Below, piece by piece: positions 19,785-30,042 of a DNA stretch of 64,000 bases. The translations under genes and the position numbers were made by a program. Source of the DNA: an uncultured cyanobacterium (GTDB lineage: Bacteria > Cyanobacteriota > Cyanobacteriia > Cyanobacteriales > CAWCAG01); NCBI GenBank assembly GCA_963793425.1, contig CAWCAG010000009.1:64001-128000 (forward strand). Direction: 5' to 3'. The notes beneath the pieces are model-generated. The model was not told where the DNA came from, did no database searches, and was given only the letters and a program-made list of their open reading frames with translations. Within the stretch, counting starts at the first letter, position 1. Each line of letters begins with the position of its first letter.

Positions 19785-21020
19785 TTAAGACATCTCCGGG
19801 GGTTCATTGGCTTTGAGCTGTTCTTCTTTCGGGTTGGAATTAACAGAACTATCTTTTTGAGAATTATGGCGATCGCTTGATTTCTGCTCGGTTAGTTGAT
19901 TAATGGTTTTTAACCAAGAAATGCGACTAGGAATAGGAGTTCTAGGGGCAGGTTGCAGTCCTTTAAGAACTTCTGATAGCTGTAAACCTTCCAAGGAAGA
20001 TGGTTTTGCTTCCCGAAGCTTATGCCAAACAGAACGCGACATCAATAGGGTATGTTCAATACGTTGTGCGCCAATCTTTTCTAAATACTCTTCCCGCTCC
20101 GGCTGATAATCTGCTGAAGCTAGTTGTAAAGATTGCTCTGGCAAACCTTGTACAATCCTTGCTAGTTGAGAAAATAGCTCTGGATATAACCAAGTATAAG
20201 CTGGATGAACGTTTACTTTCGCTTTATGGGGGTTAGAGCGATCGCTATAGGCTTCTAATTCAAAATGCCCAATGGCTGCCTTACGCTGGGGTTCAAAAAC
20301 ATAACCACTAATGGTTTCTTGATGATTTAACCATTGCTTAATGCTAGTAAGTACAGCGCGAGGGAAGCTAGCCTTGAAGTCTTGGATATGACGATCAAAA
20401 ACTTGCCGTAACAGAGGCGGCATAGATACTGTATCAAGTTGATACAATAACTGAGCATCAGCATTACTTACAGGTAAGAGGTTCGGTAAATCTGGTTCAT
20501 GTTGAGCAATTTGTGCTAATAATTCTGGGGTGATCGCCCAATAAGTCATTTGGGCTAAAGGCTGGAAACCATTTTGCCGATACAATGCCAAGGTGCTTTT
20601 ATTATTAACATTAACTTCCAAAATCCAAGTACGGGCTTCCCAGATTTTCTCAAAGCAGTGTTTTAATAATTGAGAGCCAATATCTGGCTGTTGGCAATTA
20701 TGATCAACCAAAACCTGTTTAACCCGCCAAGTAGTGCGAGTTTTGTTAAAAGGTTCCACTTGAATCAGACCAAGAATTTTCTGATCTAACTCAGCTACAT
20801 AGATACAGAGATCATGCTGATAAGGATTAGGGAATAAAGTTAAGAACTTAAGAATTCCATACCAACTACGCAACTTGTTTAACTGCTTGCTTAAATTCAC
20901 TGAACAACTTTGGTCATCAGTTGTCCCGGAATTGGCAGCAAGAACCTCTATCGCCTCAATGTCCCGATAGACTAAGGGGCGAATGGCCAGTTTATTATTT
21001 TCGCTGATAGATGTGGTCAT
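19785..21020 (-). CDS. Cyanobacterial tandem GNAT N-acetyltransferase
   Basis: IGSQLL, LEVN..N...LALYRQNGF; ATG 21020 preferred. Confidence 0.8.
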   Translation of the reverse strand: MTTSISENNKLAIRPLVYRDIEAIEVLAANSGTTDDQSCSVNLSKQLNKLRSWYGILKFLTLFPNPYQHDLCIYVAELDQKILGLIQVEPFNKTRTTWRVKQVLVDHNCQQPDIGSQLLKHCFEKIWEARTWILEVNVNNKSTLALYRQNGFQPLAQMTYWAITPELLAQIAQHEPDLPNLLPVSNADAQLLYQLDTVSMPPLLRQVFDRHIQDFKASFPRAVLTSIKQWLNHQETISGYVFEPQRKAAIGHFELEAYSDRSNPHKAKVNVHPAYTWLYPELFSQLARIVQGLPEQSLQLASADYQPEREEYLEKIGAQRIEHTLLMSRSVWHKLREAKPSSLEGLQLSEVLKGLQPAPRTPIPSRISWLKTINQLTEQKSSDRHNSQKDSSVNSNPKEEQLKANEPPEMS

Positions 21021-21256
21021 AATCGGGGACAAATAGGATTGAGCCAACAGTTAAAACAGGTACTTACGTTGGCAAAGGCTAGAATTATCTATATATTTAC
21101 CTGCTGTTTTTATTCTAACTATTTTATCGTCATCAGATGCTGACAATTGTGTTAGCTAGCTATTTATCCTTACAATAATCTTTTCGTTAAAATCTGGTTC
21201 AATAAATATGATAAGTTAAAATAGTCTAGATAGTTTAGCTTTCTAAACCGAAGAGC

Positions 21257-21337
21257 GCGGATGTGGTGGAATGGTAGACACGCACGCTTGAGGGGCGTGT
21301 GGCGAAAGCCATGCGAGTTCGAGTCTCGCCATCCGCA
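21257..21337 (+). tRNA. trnL: tRNA-Leu (GAG)
   Basis: GCGGATG/CATCCGC acceptor stem, CACGC-TTGAGGG-GCGTG anticodon arm, long variable arm, GTTCGAGT T-loop; CCA not encoded. Confidence 0.97.
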
Positions 21338-21357
21338 TTTTTTCTGGTAATTAAAGC

Positions 21358-22221
21358 TTAATTTAAACGAGGTCGTACAACTTGAGAAAATCGGCTTTGT
21401 CCTTCATCTAACTCAGCCGGTACACCACTAGGATATTCTTCCTGGATTAAACCTTGGAGACGTTCAACGCGGTTGCCGGGATCTGGGTGGGTGCTAAGGA
21501 ATTCTGGGGAACGCCCCCCCCCTGAAGCTGAACCAAGAATCCGCATCAATTCAACCAAACCTTCGGGATCATAGCCAGCTTCGGTCATAAAACGAAAACC
21601 CAAGCTATCGCTTTCTAATTCATCGTTACGACCATATTTAAGGTTAACTAACTGGTTAATCCCTTGGGCAAGGGCTGCCGCTTGACGGGCGCTTTCTGGA
21701 CTATCGCTAGCGGCGATACCAACAGCATTAACTAAAGCTGAACCCAAATTTTGTCTTGCCAGATGTTCTGCCCCATGTCTGGCAATAACATGACCAACTT
21801 CATGCCCCAAGACTCCAGCTAATTGGGCTTCTGTACTAAGGCGGCTTAACAGGGCGGCTGTAATAAAAACTTGCCCTCCTGGTAAAGCAAAGGCGTTAAC
21901 GGTTCGGGTATCTCTAAGAAGATGAAATTCAAAAGGATAGGAGGAAGTAGAAGCAGTTGACTGTTGTACAATCCGCCTACCTACGGTATCTATGTAATTC
22001 TGTAGAGTCTCGTCAGGATAAAGCCCACCGTGTTGTTGTGCTAACTGGTTTCTTGATTTTAAGCCAATAACTACTTCTTGGCGCGGTGAAAGTTGAACTC
22101 GCTGCTGTTCTCCTGTGATCGGATTTTCGACGACATTAGTACAATAACTGAGCAATCCAAATAGTGCTACAACAAGTCCAATCACCATACGAACTAATAA
22201 TCTACGCACTTGCTCTATCAC
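21358..22221 (-). CDS. M48 family zinc metalloprotease
   Basis: VNAFALPGG, HEVGH, E.ESD, FLSTHP. Confidence 0.92.
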   Translation of the reverse strand: MIEQVRRLLVRMVIGLVVALFGLLSYCTNVVENPITGEQQRVQLSPRQEVVIGLKSRNQLAQQHGGLYPDETLQNYIDTVGRRIVQQSTASTSSYPFEFHLLRDTRTVNAFALPGGQVFITAALLSRLSTEAQLAGVLGHEVGHVIARHGAEHLARQNLGSALVNAVGIAASDSPESARQAAALAQGINQLVNLKYGRNDELESDSLGFRFMTEAGYDPEGLVELMRILGSASGGGRSPEFLSTHPDPGNRVERLQGLIQEEYPSGVPAELDEGQSRFSQVVRPRLN

Positions 22222-22351
22222 CTCACTGTTTTGCTGAGCATATTATCACAATCGCACTGTTGCTGGAGGAAAATTCACTCAGCGATCGCACCGACAAGGC
22301 TTAGCCTCAAGTCCGTTCCCTCAGTTTCTCCTCCTCCAACTCCTGACAACC

Positions 22352-22972
22352 TCAATCAATAATGGCGTTGAGTAAAACCTCAGTTAAAGTCAAATTTTCC
22401 ATATCATCAATGGTGATTGTATCAACGATATCAAACTTAGCTCCAGCAGTTTGGAGTTGGTCATCTAAGGCTTTAAGATACTGGGTGGCACGGCGATCGC
22501 CTCCTACTTGGATTAAGGAAATTCCTATTTCTTCATCCCTGTCTATTTGACGGGATGCTTCAATGATGATTCGCATCACCATTTTGCGGTCGTCGGGTTC
22601 TCCATCTGTTACAACTAAGATTGTCTCTCCATTAGGCTTAGCTTGCCCATCTGCTTTACGCTGAAAGTAATTAGCTAAAGCATCTTCTAAAACTCCCGCT
22701 AAGTCTGTACGCCCCATAGGGTCATTTTCTTGATAAATTTGAGCTACTTTTTCTGAGGTTACGTTATCGTAGCGTTTAAAGCGACCGGAAAAAAGATACA
22801 CTGTGATACCATCAGGGTCGATTTTTTCACAGGCCCTTGCTAAAGCTAGGGTTGATTCTTGGGCAATTTCCCAACGGCTTTTTCCTACTGCTTGGTCAGG
22901 AGCAGACATACTTCCGCTTTTATCGATAATGAGAGTATAGTCTCTTTCTTCAACAATAGAACCTTCTGACAC
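22352..22972 (-). CDS. VWA domain protein (single domain)
   Basis: IIDKSGSM, VVTDGEP, LDDQL; GTG start with GGAGG RBS. Confidence 0.88.
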   Translation of the reverse strand: MSEGSIVEERDYTLIIDKSGSMSAPDQAVGKSRWEIAQESTLALARACEKIDPDGITVYLFSGRFKRYDNVTSEKVAQIYQENDPMGRTDLAGVLEDALANYFQRKADGQAKPNGETILVVTDGEPDDRKMVMRIIIEASRQIDRDEEIGISLIQVGGDRRATQYLKALDDQLQTAGAKFDIVDTITIDDMENLTLTEVLLNAIID

Positions 22973-23067
22973 TTAGCTAAGACCTCCTGGGGGGTGATAA
23001 TTGTTCTCTTTCTTTTAGCCTATAGCGAGGTTGAAGATTTGAAAGAAAATCTTAGAATTTCTCCCAA

Positions 23068-23655
23068 TTAATTTTTTGTCACCAGGTCAATTTGTTGCAG
23101 TAGATAGTCTCGATTGCCAGTGTTGTTTAAGACAACATCAGCAATAGCAATTTTTTCTTCTAAGGGTAGTTGACTATTGATACGTTCTTGGGAATCTTTA
23201 ACAGAAAGGCGATTCCGCTGTACCAAACGCCGTAATTGTTCCTCTTCACTACAAATCACTACCCAAATTTCCGTTACTAAGTCCATCATGTTCGCTTCTA
23301 ATAGCAAAGGAATAACTAAAACTACTTCGGGTTGGCTTAAATACTTAAGTGCCTCAACAAAGCATTCCCTCACATAAGGATGAATTTGTGCTTCCAACCA
23401 ATGGCGTTCTTCTGGATTGCTGAAGACAATTTCTCCTAGCTTGCTACGATTGAGTCTACCATCGGTTAACTGAATCTTATTGCCATAGCGCTGGAAAATT
23501 TTTTCTAAAACTGGTGAACCGATTTGCACAGCTTCTCTAGCAAAAAGATCTGCATCTAAAATGGGTAATTTATAGGCCTGGGCTAAATAATCAGCTACAG
23601 TAGTTTTTCCTGTAGCAATACCCCCAGTTAAACCAATAATCCTTTTTTGATTCAT
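23068..23655 (-). CDS. coaE: Dephospho-CoA kinase
   Basis: IGLTGGIATGKTTV, DAD, IHPYV, IPLL.E. Confidence 0.95.
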   Translation of the reverse strand: MNQKRIIGLTGGIATGKTTVADYLAQAYKLPILDADLFAREAVQIGSPVLEKIFQRYGNKIQLTDGRLNRSKLGEIVFSNPEERHWLEAQIHPYVRECFVEALKYLSQPEVVLVIPLLLEANMMDLVTEIWVVICSEEEQLRRLVQRNRLSVKDSQERINSQLPLEEKIAIADVVLNNTGNRDYLLQQIDLVTKN

Positions 23656-23686
23656 ATCAGGGTTAGGATTCTTAGCTCTTAGCTAT

Positions 23687-24439
23687 TCAACTATTAAAAC
23701 TGCGATCGCGCCATTTATTGAGTTGCGCTTCACCAATAGTAGCTAGACGCTGTAAATCTGCCATTTGGCTTTTTAACAAGGTAATTTGTCTATCTTTTGT
23801 ATTAATTTGTTTTTTTATTTCTCGATAGTTTTTTGCTTGGCTTGTTGCTTGGGTACGTTGTTGAAAGAGTCTTTTTTCTAGTTCAGCAACTCGCTCTTCT
23901 TGATTTTGGGATTGTTGTTGAGTTAATTGCTGTTCCAACTCATTAACACGGTTATCTTTAGCAGTAACTTCCTCTTTTCTGCGAGTTAGTTGCTGTTCCA
24001 ACTCAGTAATGCGGTTATCTTTAGCAGTAGCTTCCTCTTTTCTTTGAGTTAGTTGCTTTTCTAACTCAGTAATGCGAGTATCTTTTGCTTGGAGTTCTTT
24101 TTTTAGGGTTTCATAAGTCTCTAAAGGTATCTGTTGACTAACTTCCTCCGTTTTTTCCTCAACTTCTTCTGGAGAACTAACTACTCCAATGATAGTCTTG
24201 TTCTCTGCTCCTTGATTCTTGCTTTCCTCAGAGGCTTCTAGAGTAATTATCTTTTGTGCTGTAGTGCTAGCTAAGGCAATATAACCTTTAGCCATTTGTT
24301 CTACTAGCTGGGATTTTGATAACCCAACTTTTTCTGCCATTTCATTAAGCAAATCAACCCCTGTTGAGGTGAGGGTGATTCCTACCTTAGATTTTCCTGA
24401 AGAATGCTTATCGGAAACTTTACGCCTTTTTCTTGCCAT
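23687..24439 (-). CDS. Ribbon-helix-helix (CopG-like) protein with long coiled coil
   Basis: VGITLT.TG...L...A...GLSKSQLVE N-terminus; 21-aa coiled-coil repeats. Confidence 0.65.
   Translation of the reverse strand: MARKRRKVSDKHSSGKSKVGITLTSTGVDLLNEMAEKVGLSKSQLVEQMAKGYIALASTTAQKIITLEASEESKNQGAENKTIIGVVSSPEEVEEKTEEVSQQIPLETYETLKKELQAKDTRITELEKQLTQRKEEATAKDNRITELEQQLTRRKEEVTAKDNRVNELEQQLTQQQSQNQEERVAELEKRLFQQRTQATSQAKNYREIKKQINTKDRQITLLKSQMADLQRLATIGEAQLNKWRDRSFNS
23920..24088 (-). repeat. 63-bp intragenic tandem repeat (about 2.7 copies)
   Basis: AKDTRITELEKQLTQRKEEAT / AKDNRITELEQQLTRRKEEVT / AKDNRVNELEQQLT. Confidence 0.85.
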
Positions 24440-24567
24440 GAGCTTGTTGAAACTTGGGATGTGTCAGTCAAACAAGTATATGGCACTCAAAGCAATGTTA
24501 AAAGGGGACTTGAGCATTCAGCAATCTTTCTTATTTTTTGTCATCATTTGTTTGTTTGGTTCAATAG

Positions 24568-24605
24568 TCTCCCATCTCCCCATCTCGCCATCTCTCCATT
24601 TCCCC
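24568..24605. repeat. Short tandem repeat (degenerate CCCCATCT units, STRR-like)
   Basis: tctcccatctccccatctcgccatctctccatttcccc immediately after the map stop. Confidence 0.65.
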
Positions 24606-25381
24606 TATCGCCTCAATGTCATAATTTCCACCCCTTCTTTAGTTACAGCGATAGTATGTTCAAACTGGGCTGATAATTTACCATCTTTAGTCAGTGCTGT
24701 CCAACCATCTTCGAGGATCTCTGCTTGCCAGGTTCCTTCATTAATCATTGGTTCAATAGTAAATACCATACCAGGGCGGAAACGTTTGCCTTTGCCCCGT
24801 TTGCCATAGTGAGGTATTTGAGGGGCGGTGTGGAAGATTCTGTTAACCCCATGTCCCACAAAATCCCGAACTACAGAAAAGCCTTCTCCTTCGGCATACT
24901 CTTGAATAGCTGCGCCAATATCACCAATCCTTCCTCCTGGTTTGACAGCAGCAATACCTCTTCTTAAACATTCTTCAGTAACTTCTACTAGCTTTTTTGC
25001 CTTGGTAGAAGGAGTACCAACAAAGAAAGTTCGGGAAGTATCACCATGATAACCATCTAAGATGGGGGTAACATCAATGTTAATAATGTCTCCATCCTTA
25101 AGAATCTGCTTCTTGCTAGGGATGCCGTGACAAATGACTTCGTTAACGCTAGTACAAATAGACTTAGGAAAATCTATCGGAACCCCATGATAACCTAGAG
25201 GCGCACTAATAGCTCCATTGGACTGAGTCCAACGTTCTGCTTCGTCATTGATTTCTAGGGTACTTACACCGGGCTTTACCATCGGTTTAAGATGATCTAA
25301 TAATTCTGCGGCTAAGCTTCCTGCTTGACGCATTTTTTCAATCTCTCTTGCCGAGAGGAGAGTTATTCTTTCGCTTCCCAT
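24605..25381 (-). CDS. map: Type I methionine aminopeptidase
   Basis: SICTSVNEVICHGIP, GDIINIDV, HGDTSRT, GHG, TIEPMIN, SAQFEHT. Confidence 0.96.
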   Translation of the reverse strand: MGSERITLLSAREIEKMRQAGSLAAELLDHLKPMVKPGVSTLEINDEAERWTQSNGAISAPLGYHGVPIDFPKSICTSVNEVICHGIPSKKQILKDGDIINIDVTPILDGYHGDTSRTFFVGTPSTKAKKLVEVTEECLRRGIAAVKPGGRIGDIGAAIQEYAEGEGFSVVRDFVGHGVNRIFHTAPQIPHYGKRGKGKRFRPGMVFTIEPMINEGTWQAEILEDGWTALTKDGKLSAQFEHTIAVTKEGVEIMTLRR

Positions 25382-25451
25382 TTTTGAAGATTGACTTTCA
25401 GTAGTTGAAGTCTGGTAAAACATAAAATTATACGCTAATTAGGTTCTAGAT

Positions 25452-25943
25452 TTAATGGTGAATATCCAAATTCAAAATGTAATTCCCCAAAGGGACTTTA
25501 TCTGACCACAACTCGTATTCCAACCTCAAGCTTTCCGGTAAAGAACCTCCTGTGAGTTGTAAGCTACGAGTGAAGTTACGCAGGCGGATCGCCCCGTTTT
25601 CTTGGACTACTTGGCTATGTAGCCAATAACGACTAATACCATATACACCTTCTTCCCAAAAATGGCGATAACCAATTTGGCTACTGCCTTGCATTGTCAT
25701 GATGACTCGGTAAGGGGAAATTTCTAGCCACAGTAGGGTAGATTGGGTTGTAGTTTGAGAAGTCCTTTGAGGGGTTGCCCCAGAAGGGCTTTCTAAAGGT
25801 GTAGAATCAGGATTACTTAGTAGTAAGTGAAACTTTTCTCGGTCTTTTTGATACAAAGTAGCTGCAGTTTCAAAGTTATACCAAATTGGTAAATCGGTGG
25901 AGATTAAAGACAGACAAATGGGCCTGCGGTGATGGGCCAGCAT
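25452..25943 (-). CDS. Conserved cyanobacterial hypothetical protein
   Basis: 163-aa ORF in the same orientation as map; WLEISPYRV, YRHFWE, LRLEYELW. Confidence 0.7.
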   Translation of the reverse strand: MLAHHRRPICLSLISTDLPIWYNFETAATLYQKDREKFHLLLSNPDSTPLESPSGATPQRTSQTTTQSTLLWLEISPYRVIMTMQGSSQIGYRHFWEEGVYGISRYWLHSQVVQENGAIRLRNFTRSLQLTGGSLPESLRLEYELWSDKVPLGNYILNLDIHH

Positions 25944-26029
25944 GAAGTGTCATTGAGAGAGTTAACATAACTAAGATAGCTTTAAAACTCCCTCCTTGGC
26001 GTTTTTTTGAATTTTTTTTGTCAAATAGC

Positions 26030-26058
26030 TTGCAAAAGCTATTTTTTAGGGATATAAT
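26030..26058 (+). promoter_or_regulatory. Sigma70-type promoter of tRNA-Asn
   Basis: TTGCAA-17 bp-TATAAT about 30 bp upstream of the tRNA. Confidence 0.75.
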
Positions 26059-26087
26059 CATTAACTGTTGTCAACTGATAACTACAA

Positions 26088-26159
26088 TCCTCAGTAGCTC
26101 AGTGGTAGAGCGGTCGGCTGTTAACCGATTGGTCGTAAGTTCGAATCTTACCTGGGGAG
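26088..26159 (+). tRNA. trnN: tRNA-Asn (GTT)
   Basis: TCCTCAG/CTGGGGA acceptor stem, GTCGG-CTGTTAA-CCGAT anticodon arm, GTTCGAAT T-loop. Confidence 0.97.
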
Positions 26160-26180
26160 TTTGAGATTTACACAATTAGT

Positions 26181-26218
26181 AGAAGCTGGGGAACAGGATT
26201 CTTCGCAGCTTCTTTTTT
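26181..26218 (+). terminator. Intrinsic terminator after tRNA-Asn
   Basis: AGAAGCTG..CAGCTTCT stem followed by a T tract. Confidence 0.7.
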
Positions 26219-26251
26219 ATTGCCCATCCCCCAATAACTTACAACCAAAGA

Positions 26252-27754
26252 TTAAAGCTCGTAATTTTGGATATAGAGTAAAATTCCCTCTGCGATCGCA
26301 GCAGCCATTTGATTACGGAAATTAGCATCTCTTAATTTTGCTGCATCAACGCGGCCGGTAACAAAACCAACTTCTACTAAAGCAGAAGGCATAGCAGAAT
26401 TTCTTAAGACATAAAAACGGGCTTGTTTTACCCCCCGGTTGTTCATCCCCAACCTACGAATAATCGTACTTTGAATTGATTGGGCTAAACGGCGACCACT
26501 TTGATAATAGAAAGTTTCTGTACCGTTAACAGAAGAATTTCCCCCTCCCACTGCATTGGCGTGAATACTAACAAAAAGGTCTGATCCGGCGCGGTTTGCC
26601 AATTGAGTACGCCCAGCTAAACTAACAAAAGTATTATTGTTGCGGGTCATTCTTACCTTAACCCCTTGTGCCTCCAAAATTCTGGTCACTTCTTGGGAAA
26701 TAGGTAAAACAACATCGGTTTCCCGCAAGCCCCCAATACCAATAGCCCCAGGATCTTTACCTCCATGGCCAGGATCAATAGTGATGGAAACTTTACCTTG
26801 AGGAATCTTGGGTAAGTTGGGGTTAGGAGAAGAAGACGGAGGAGTTGAAGGGGTTGGAGAAGGAGTTGGTGTAGGGGTTGGGCGAGGAACTTGCAAAGCC
26901 ACATTCCTATCTGGAGGGGGAACAGGAAGGGCAATGCGATCTGGAGTATTAGGATTCCCAGTGGTAGGTAAGGGGTTATCAGGATCGAGGGGAAATAACC
27001 CTCCTTCAGGAAAGAGAGTTAAATTGCCTCTAGGACTAACATAAGCTTTCCAATCAGGACTATTGGCATCAACATTAAGGATGACGCGGGCAAACTTATT
27101 TTGTTGATTAAACTGCACCCCTCTAAGTCCATATTGATTAAGGGGAAAGGCTTTATCAGAAAGAGTACCAGGAAAAACTACTCCTTCTAAATAAACATCA
27201 ATTTGACGGCGATCGCTACTGCGAGTTACTACAATATTCTCGGTGCTATTACTAGACCCCAAACGGGCAAACAAACCGTTTTGAGTAATGACAAAATCCT
27301 GTGTGTTTGGTTGAGAAGGAGGAGTTGCTGTTACCCTTTGAGGTGTGGGTAACTGTACTGACCATTGATTAGTATAAGACCCTCGGAATTTTACTTGATT
27401 AGGATCAATAGCAAAACCAGAGGCTAATTCTACTACTAAGCGAGTGGTATTATTTTCAAACTGACCAACTCTAACTTGCTTAATAGCACCCCCCACAGAT
27501 TGGTTAACAGTGGGTTTACCTAATCTAGTGCCGGGTAAATCAATCACAAGACGATTAGGGTTAAAAATCATTTGTGCCGTAGGTTGCACCCCTTCATCTG
27601 TGGTAAATTCCAAGCGATTTTGGTTACTTGCAAAGTTCCATTTTACTAGTTGCCTAGCTTCAGCAATAGAGGAGAAGAGGAAAACGCTGCTGATGCTTAG
27701 TAGCAACCAATAAAGCTTGGCAAATTTAAAAGTGATAGGTGAGGAGTTTTTCAT
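26252..27754 (-). CDS. amiC: N-acetylmuramoyl-L-alanine amidase (AMIN + Amidase_3)
   Basis: Signal peptide, NRLVIDLPG/VRVGQF AMIN domain, Pro-rich linker, IDPGHGGKDPGA, SIHANA, LVEVGF. Confidence 0.92.
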   Translation of the reverse strand: MKNSSPITFKFAKLYWLLLSISSVFLFSSIAEARQLVKWNFASNQNRLEFTTDEGVQPTAQMIFNPNRLVIDLPGTRLGKPTVNQSVGGAIKQVRVGQFENNTTRLVVELASGFAIDPNQVKFRGSYTNQWSVQLPTPQRVTATPPSQPNTQDFVITQNGLFARLGSSNSTENIVVTRSSDRRQIDVYLEGVVFPGTLSDKAFPLNQYGLRGVQFNQQNKFARVILNVDANSPDWKAYVSPRGNLTLFPEGGLFPLDPDNPLPTTGNPNTPDRIALPVPPPDRNVALQVPRPTPTPTPSPTPSTPPSSSPNPNLPKIPQGKVSITIDPGHGGKDPGAIGIGGLRETDVVLPISQEVTRILEAQGVKVRMTRNNNTFVSLAGRTQLANRAGSDLFVSIHANAVGGGNSSVNGTETFYYQSGRRLAQSIQSTIIRRLGMNNRGVKQARFYVLRNSAMPSALVEVGFVTGRVDAAKLRDANFRNQMAAAIAEGILLYIQNYEL

Positions 27755-28109
27755 TGGATATCTAGGGCGAACTTTTATTGATTCGTCAAGACCATCATCC
27801 AATGGTTATTGTTAGTTATCCGGAAAAACTTATCTAGATTTTGTAGGCTAATCTTTGTTTTTCTAAAGCTTAATTGAAATTTTTAAATAGGCTTTTATGA
27901 AATTACAGTTTTTAGTAGAAGTTAGTAGCTAAATTCTTTAAGACGCAATAACTTATTTAATAGTTCCTTGTTAAGTAATAATTGGTTGACCTGCTTTGAG
28001 AAGTTTTCATTTATAGCTACAGATAAGACGGTTAAGAAAATTCCCTACTCACTGTTACTTATACAAATTGCTTGATATTTTGCAAATCTGTTGTGAGTTA
28101 TGAATTAAG

Positions 28110-29270
28110 TTAGTCTTTACCTTGAAAAAGATCGACGAAAGTTTTTATCTTTTCAAAAACCTCATCGTACGTGATAATTTGGACATTCCTATGTTCAGAT
28201 CTATACATTTCAAAAGACTTTCTCTTTCCGTCATCAGATAGTTCATTGTGTCCATGTCCTAAAATAATGATGCAGAGAGGATTGAAAACCTCGAAATAAT
28301 CTCCTGAGTGATCAACTAATCTATCGTATTCTTTAATCAACGTATCTTTATATGTAGATATCTGAGTTACAGCACCTAATAAATCATTTGAAGGACTATA
28401 AATGCCTTCTCTATATTTCGCTCCTAGAAGACGACTAGTAGGAGTTTTTATTTCAATTAGGGAGGTATTTCTGGTTAACTTATTGACAAAAAGAAAATCT
28501 ATAATATTACCACCAGTATTTCCTATTCCTTTACCTCCAACATATGCTTGTGAAGAAAGTATAGTTACTGGCGTATTGAAAACTTGTGAAAGTATCAAAG
28601 AATGTTCTGCCAGCAGCTTCTGCCAAAATGACTCATTAGAATTATTTTCATTCTTTTTCCAAACTTCGAGAATTTGCTTAAGCTTGTTTACCTCAACTAG
28701 AGTATTTAACATTTTCTGAACTTGAACATCTCGATTATCGTCGCTTTCTTCCAGGAAGTTGACAACAAGCTGAGCAATCTGATTTGAAATATAAATAAGT
28801 TCTAAAATCTTGCTGAATTCATCGGGGTTTTCAGCTTTTTCGGTAAGCCTAGTTGTTACATCTCTAATATGTTTATTCTTACCAAAAAGGGGGATTACTT
28901 TTTCTCTCCACTCGTTTAGAGATTTCCAAACTTTGTCGTTATCTTGAAAGTAAACTTCTCTAAAAACATCTTTAGTGTGACTTTTGCGTTCCAACTCAAA
29001 ATTTTCAGAGATTATAGTTGCAGCATGATTTACGCTTTTGGCCTTTTCTTGAAGAGCAGGAATAAGGCAATGGCAATCCTGCAAACTTCTAGTTCTAGAT
29101 CTTATTTGTAGATTGTCTAAAAGAACCAACTCTACAAATAGACTGTCTTTTGCTCTTGAAGTCTTTAGGCTTTCATATAAGGTAGAATATAGTTTTTTGT
29201 CTTTAGTAGTTACATTAACAACTACCATCAATCTTGTTCCCGTTACTAAAAGGATGTTCTGCTCTGTCAT
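28110..29270 (-). CDS. sduA: Shedu anti-phage nuclease (DUF4263) with a ~190-aa N-terminal domain
   Basis: ESFWQKLL, AYVGGK..GG.IIDFL, IEIKTP, S.DL.GAVTQ, NP.CIIILG, SFE.YR, VQIITYDE. Confidence 0.88.
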   Translation of the reverse strand: MTEQNILLVTGTRLMVVVNVTTKDKKLYSTLYESLKTSRAKDSLFVELVLLDNLQIRSRTRSLQDCHCLIPALQEKAKSVNHAATIISENFELERKSHTKDVFREVYFQDNDKVWKSLNEWREKVIPLFGKNKHIRDVTTRLTEKAENPDEFSKILELIYISNQIAQLVVNFLEESDDNRDVQVQKMLNTLVEVNKLKQILEVWKKNENNSNESFWQKLLAEHSLILSQVFNTPVTILSSQAYVGGKGIGNTGGNIIDFLFVNKLTRNTSLIEIKTPTSRLLGAKYREGIYSPSNDLLGAVTQISTYKDTLIKEYDRLVDHSGDYFEVFNPLCIIILGHGHNELSDDGKRKSFEMYRSEHRNVQIITYDEVFEKIKTFVDLFQGKD

Positions 29271-29273
29271 TTT

Positions 29274-29350
29274 TCAAAACCAAACTGACTTGAAATCCTG
29301 CACAAACATAACAATACTAACAAAAATAGTAAATAACTCAAATGCCCCAA
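29274..29350 (-). pseudogene. Diverged duplicate of the last ~25 codons of trkH
   Basis: 63/78 aligned positions match 30043-30120; reads LGH(fs)ELFTIFVSIVMFVQDFKSVWF* versus LGRLEFFTVFVGVVRFLQDFKSVWF*. Confidence 0.85.
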
Positions 29351-29505
29351 TACCTCTTGTAGGGTATGTCTATGTTGTTGAAAATTATAGCCCAATTCAC
29401 CAATTTTCTCATTTTTAACCTTAGCGATCGCAACTGCTTTAGTATAAGCAATTTTCCAAATCATACCTAAAGTTAGATTAGATCCTTCTACATTGAGACA
29501 ACACT

Positions 29506-29873
29506 CTATTTGCTATTAACTGAAATTGCCCACTCTCTTATCTTTCTGCGAATCATTCTTCTGCCTTCCATACGATATTGATTAATTATCATCGGAATTT
29601 CTTGTACAAGGAGATTAGGAAAAACCAAACTCTGCTGTGACTCTTGATATTCCTCATTTTCTCCTAATAAATAAACCTTGAGTTTTCCTTGGTCGTAACA
29701 CCATAATTCAGGTATTCTTAAACGAGCATATAGGGGAAAGCGATTTAGAGATTTACTAGTAATATAAATTTCTAAAATCAAATCTGGAGAAAGATATTCT
29801 CAAATTGTTCCCAACTAAAGTTATGTAACAAAACTCTATCTGCACGACGTTGAGTAAACATGGTACTTTTCAT
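29506..29873 (-). pseudogene. Uma2 endonuclease pseudogene with internal deletion and frameshift
   Basis: MKSTMFTQRRADRVLLHNFSWEQFENI joined out of frame to SPDLILEIYITSKSLNRFPLYARLRIPELWCYD. Confidence 0.8.
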
Positions 29874-30042
29874 TTATCCTTAAACATTAAACATTTCGTG
29901 GGAAGTAAGTTAAGCTAAAACTGGATTTTAAAAACACTTTTGCTATTGGCTAATCTAATGTGCATACTATCTTAAGATACTTGCAAAGTATTAGTATAAA
30001 CTGACCGAATGTAAGGTTCAAACACACATCGACTTACTTAGT

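Noticed and set aside
17964..22972. Two VWA genes as a ter/vWA-kinase-phosphatase defence system
   Set aside because: They are separated by housekeeping genes and have no adjacent kinase, PP2C or MoxR; both look like ordinary cyanobacterial VWA proteins
29267..29464. 65-aa ORF overlapping the Shedu start as a partner gene
   Set aside because: Its 3' half is the out-of-frame trkH duplicate, so it is best explained as a by-product
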